From the IMG/VR virus record IMGVR_UViG_3300044262_000109, positions 1-25,197 of that record: a stretch of 25,197 nt of DNA, one strand, 5' to 3'. The DNA comes from a virus. Lineage: Duplodnaviria > Caudoviricetes. This document shows positions 24,726 to 25,197 of this stretch, piece by piece. The translations under genes were made by a program, and so were the position numbers. The notes under the pieces are model-generated. The model saw only the letters and a list, made by a program, of their open reading frames with translations. It was not told the DNA's origin and did no database searches. Position 1 is the stretch's first letter. Each line of letters opens with the position of its first letter.

Positions 24726-24793
24726 ACCGAAAGCTGCAACCTACCTGTAGGTTGCAGCTTTCGGTTGCAGCTTTCGCATGGAAAGCTGCAACC
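24726..24793. promoter_or_regulatory. operator/enhancer array of four GAAAGCTGCAACC 13-mers
   Basis: Copies at 24729-24741 (+), 24750-24762 (-), 24763-24775 (-) and 24781-24793 (+). The first two form a 19-bp perfect inverted repeat (24726-24744/24747-24765). Confidence 0.75.
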
Positions 24794-25197
24794 TGAGGCC
24801 AGCGCTCGCTGAGCGCCTGAAAAAAGCTAGATTGGCACTCGGTTACACGCAATCCGAGTGGCACGAGGCATCCGGCATGCCACTACCAACGCTCAAGGGG
24901 TACGAGGGATCAAAAGCAATACCCGGCGGGGAAGCGTTGTGCTTGTACGCCCGAGCTGGTGTTCGTGTTGACTGGCTGCTGACCGGCGAAGGCCCGATGC
25001 TGCTGAAGGACATGCACCAGGTGGAGGTGCGCGATGTGCCGGAGGCTATCGACGAGAAGCTCCTGGCGCTGTGCATCCAGGGCGTCTACATGGCAGAGCC
25101 GGGCTGCCCGCCTGACAAGGCCGGGCGGTCGGCCGTCGCCTACTACTTCAGACTGAAGGCCATGGATATGGAGTCCGACTCGGACAAGGCGGCATAA
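24778..25197 (+). CDS. XRE-family HTH prophage repressor (c-like, 139 aa)
   Basis: LAERLKKARLALGYTQ...TLKGYEG...PG...GVRVDWLLTGEGPM; divergent from ner. Confidence 0.88.
   Translation: MESCNLRPALAERLKKARLALGYTQSEWHEASGMPLPTLKGYEGSKAIPGGEALCLYARAGVRVDWLLTGEGPMLLKDMHQVEVRDVPEAIDEKLLALCIQGVYMAEPGCPPDKAGRSAVAYYFRLKAMDMESDSDKAA

Larger units (their letters stand above)
1608..25197 (-). mobile_element. defective Mu-like (transposable) prophage with siphovirus-type tail; the repressor-side end lies beyond the window
   Basis: c/ner switch, MuA HTH remnant, gp29/F/G/I/T/gp35-37 synteny, and a TGT end with tandem repeats. Confidence 0.9.

Noticed and set aside
24726-24793. CRISPR-like array
   Set aside because: Repeats are 13 bp, in mixed orientation and without spacers; no cas genes.

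Overview
GC-rich proteobacterial-type DNA made almost entirely of prophage. Positions 1608 to >25197 are a Mu-like (transposable) prophage, mostly on the - strand. In order it has an XRE repressor, ner, an early gene, head genes (F, G, I/Z, decoration, T, gp35-37) and a sheath-less, siphovirus-like tail module. It ends in a TGT terminus with two 15-bp direct repeats 22 bp apart. The element looks internally deleted. ORF 22719..23522 is an in-frame fusion of a MuA N-terminal (Mu-type HTH) domain to the C-terminal part of a Mu gp29-type portal. No transposase core, MuB, late activator, lysis genes or terminase is present. Regulatory structures visible in the sequence are four 13-mer repeats at the repressor start, two matched late promoters (CTGACC-N2-GGTCAG plus an identically spaced -10), and a C4-like antisense RNA with complementary targets controlling a two-gene accessory operon between G and I. 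The major capsid ORF has a signal-peptide-like 36-aa leader. Left of the Mu end (1..1600) is the start of what looks like a different phage's packaging operon: a Zn-finger TerS-like gene, a small ORF and a possible TerL N-terminus. All family calls come from motif recognition and synteny, not database searches.
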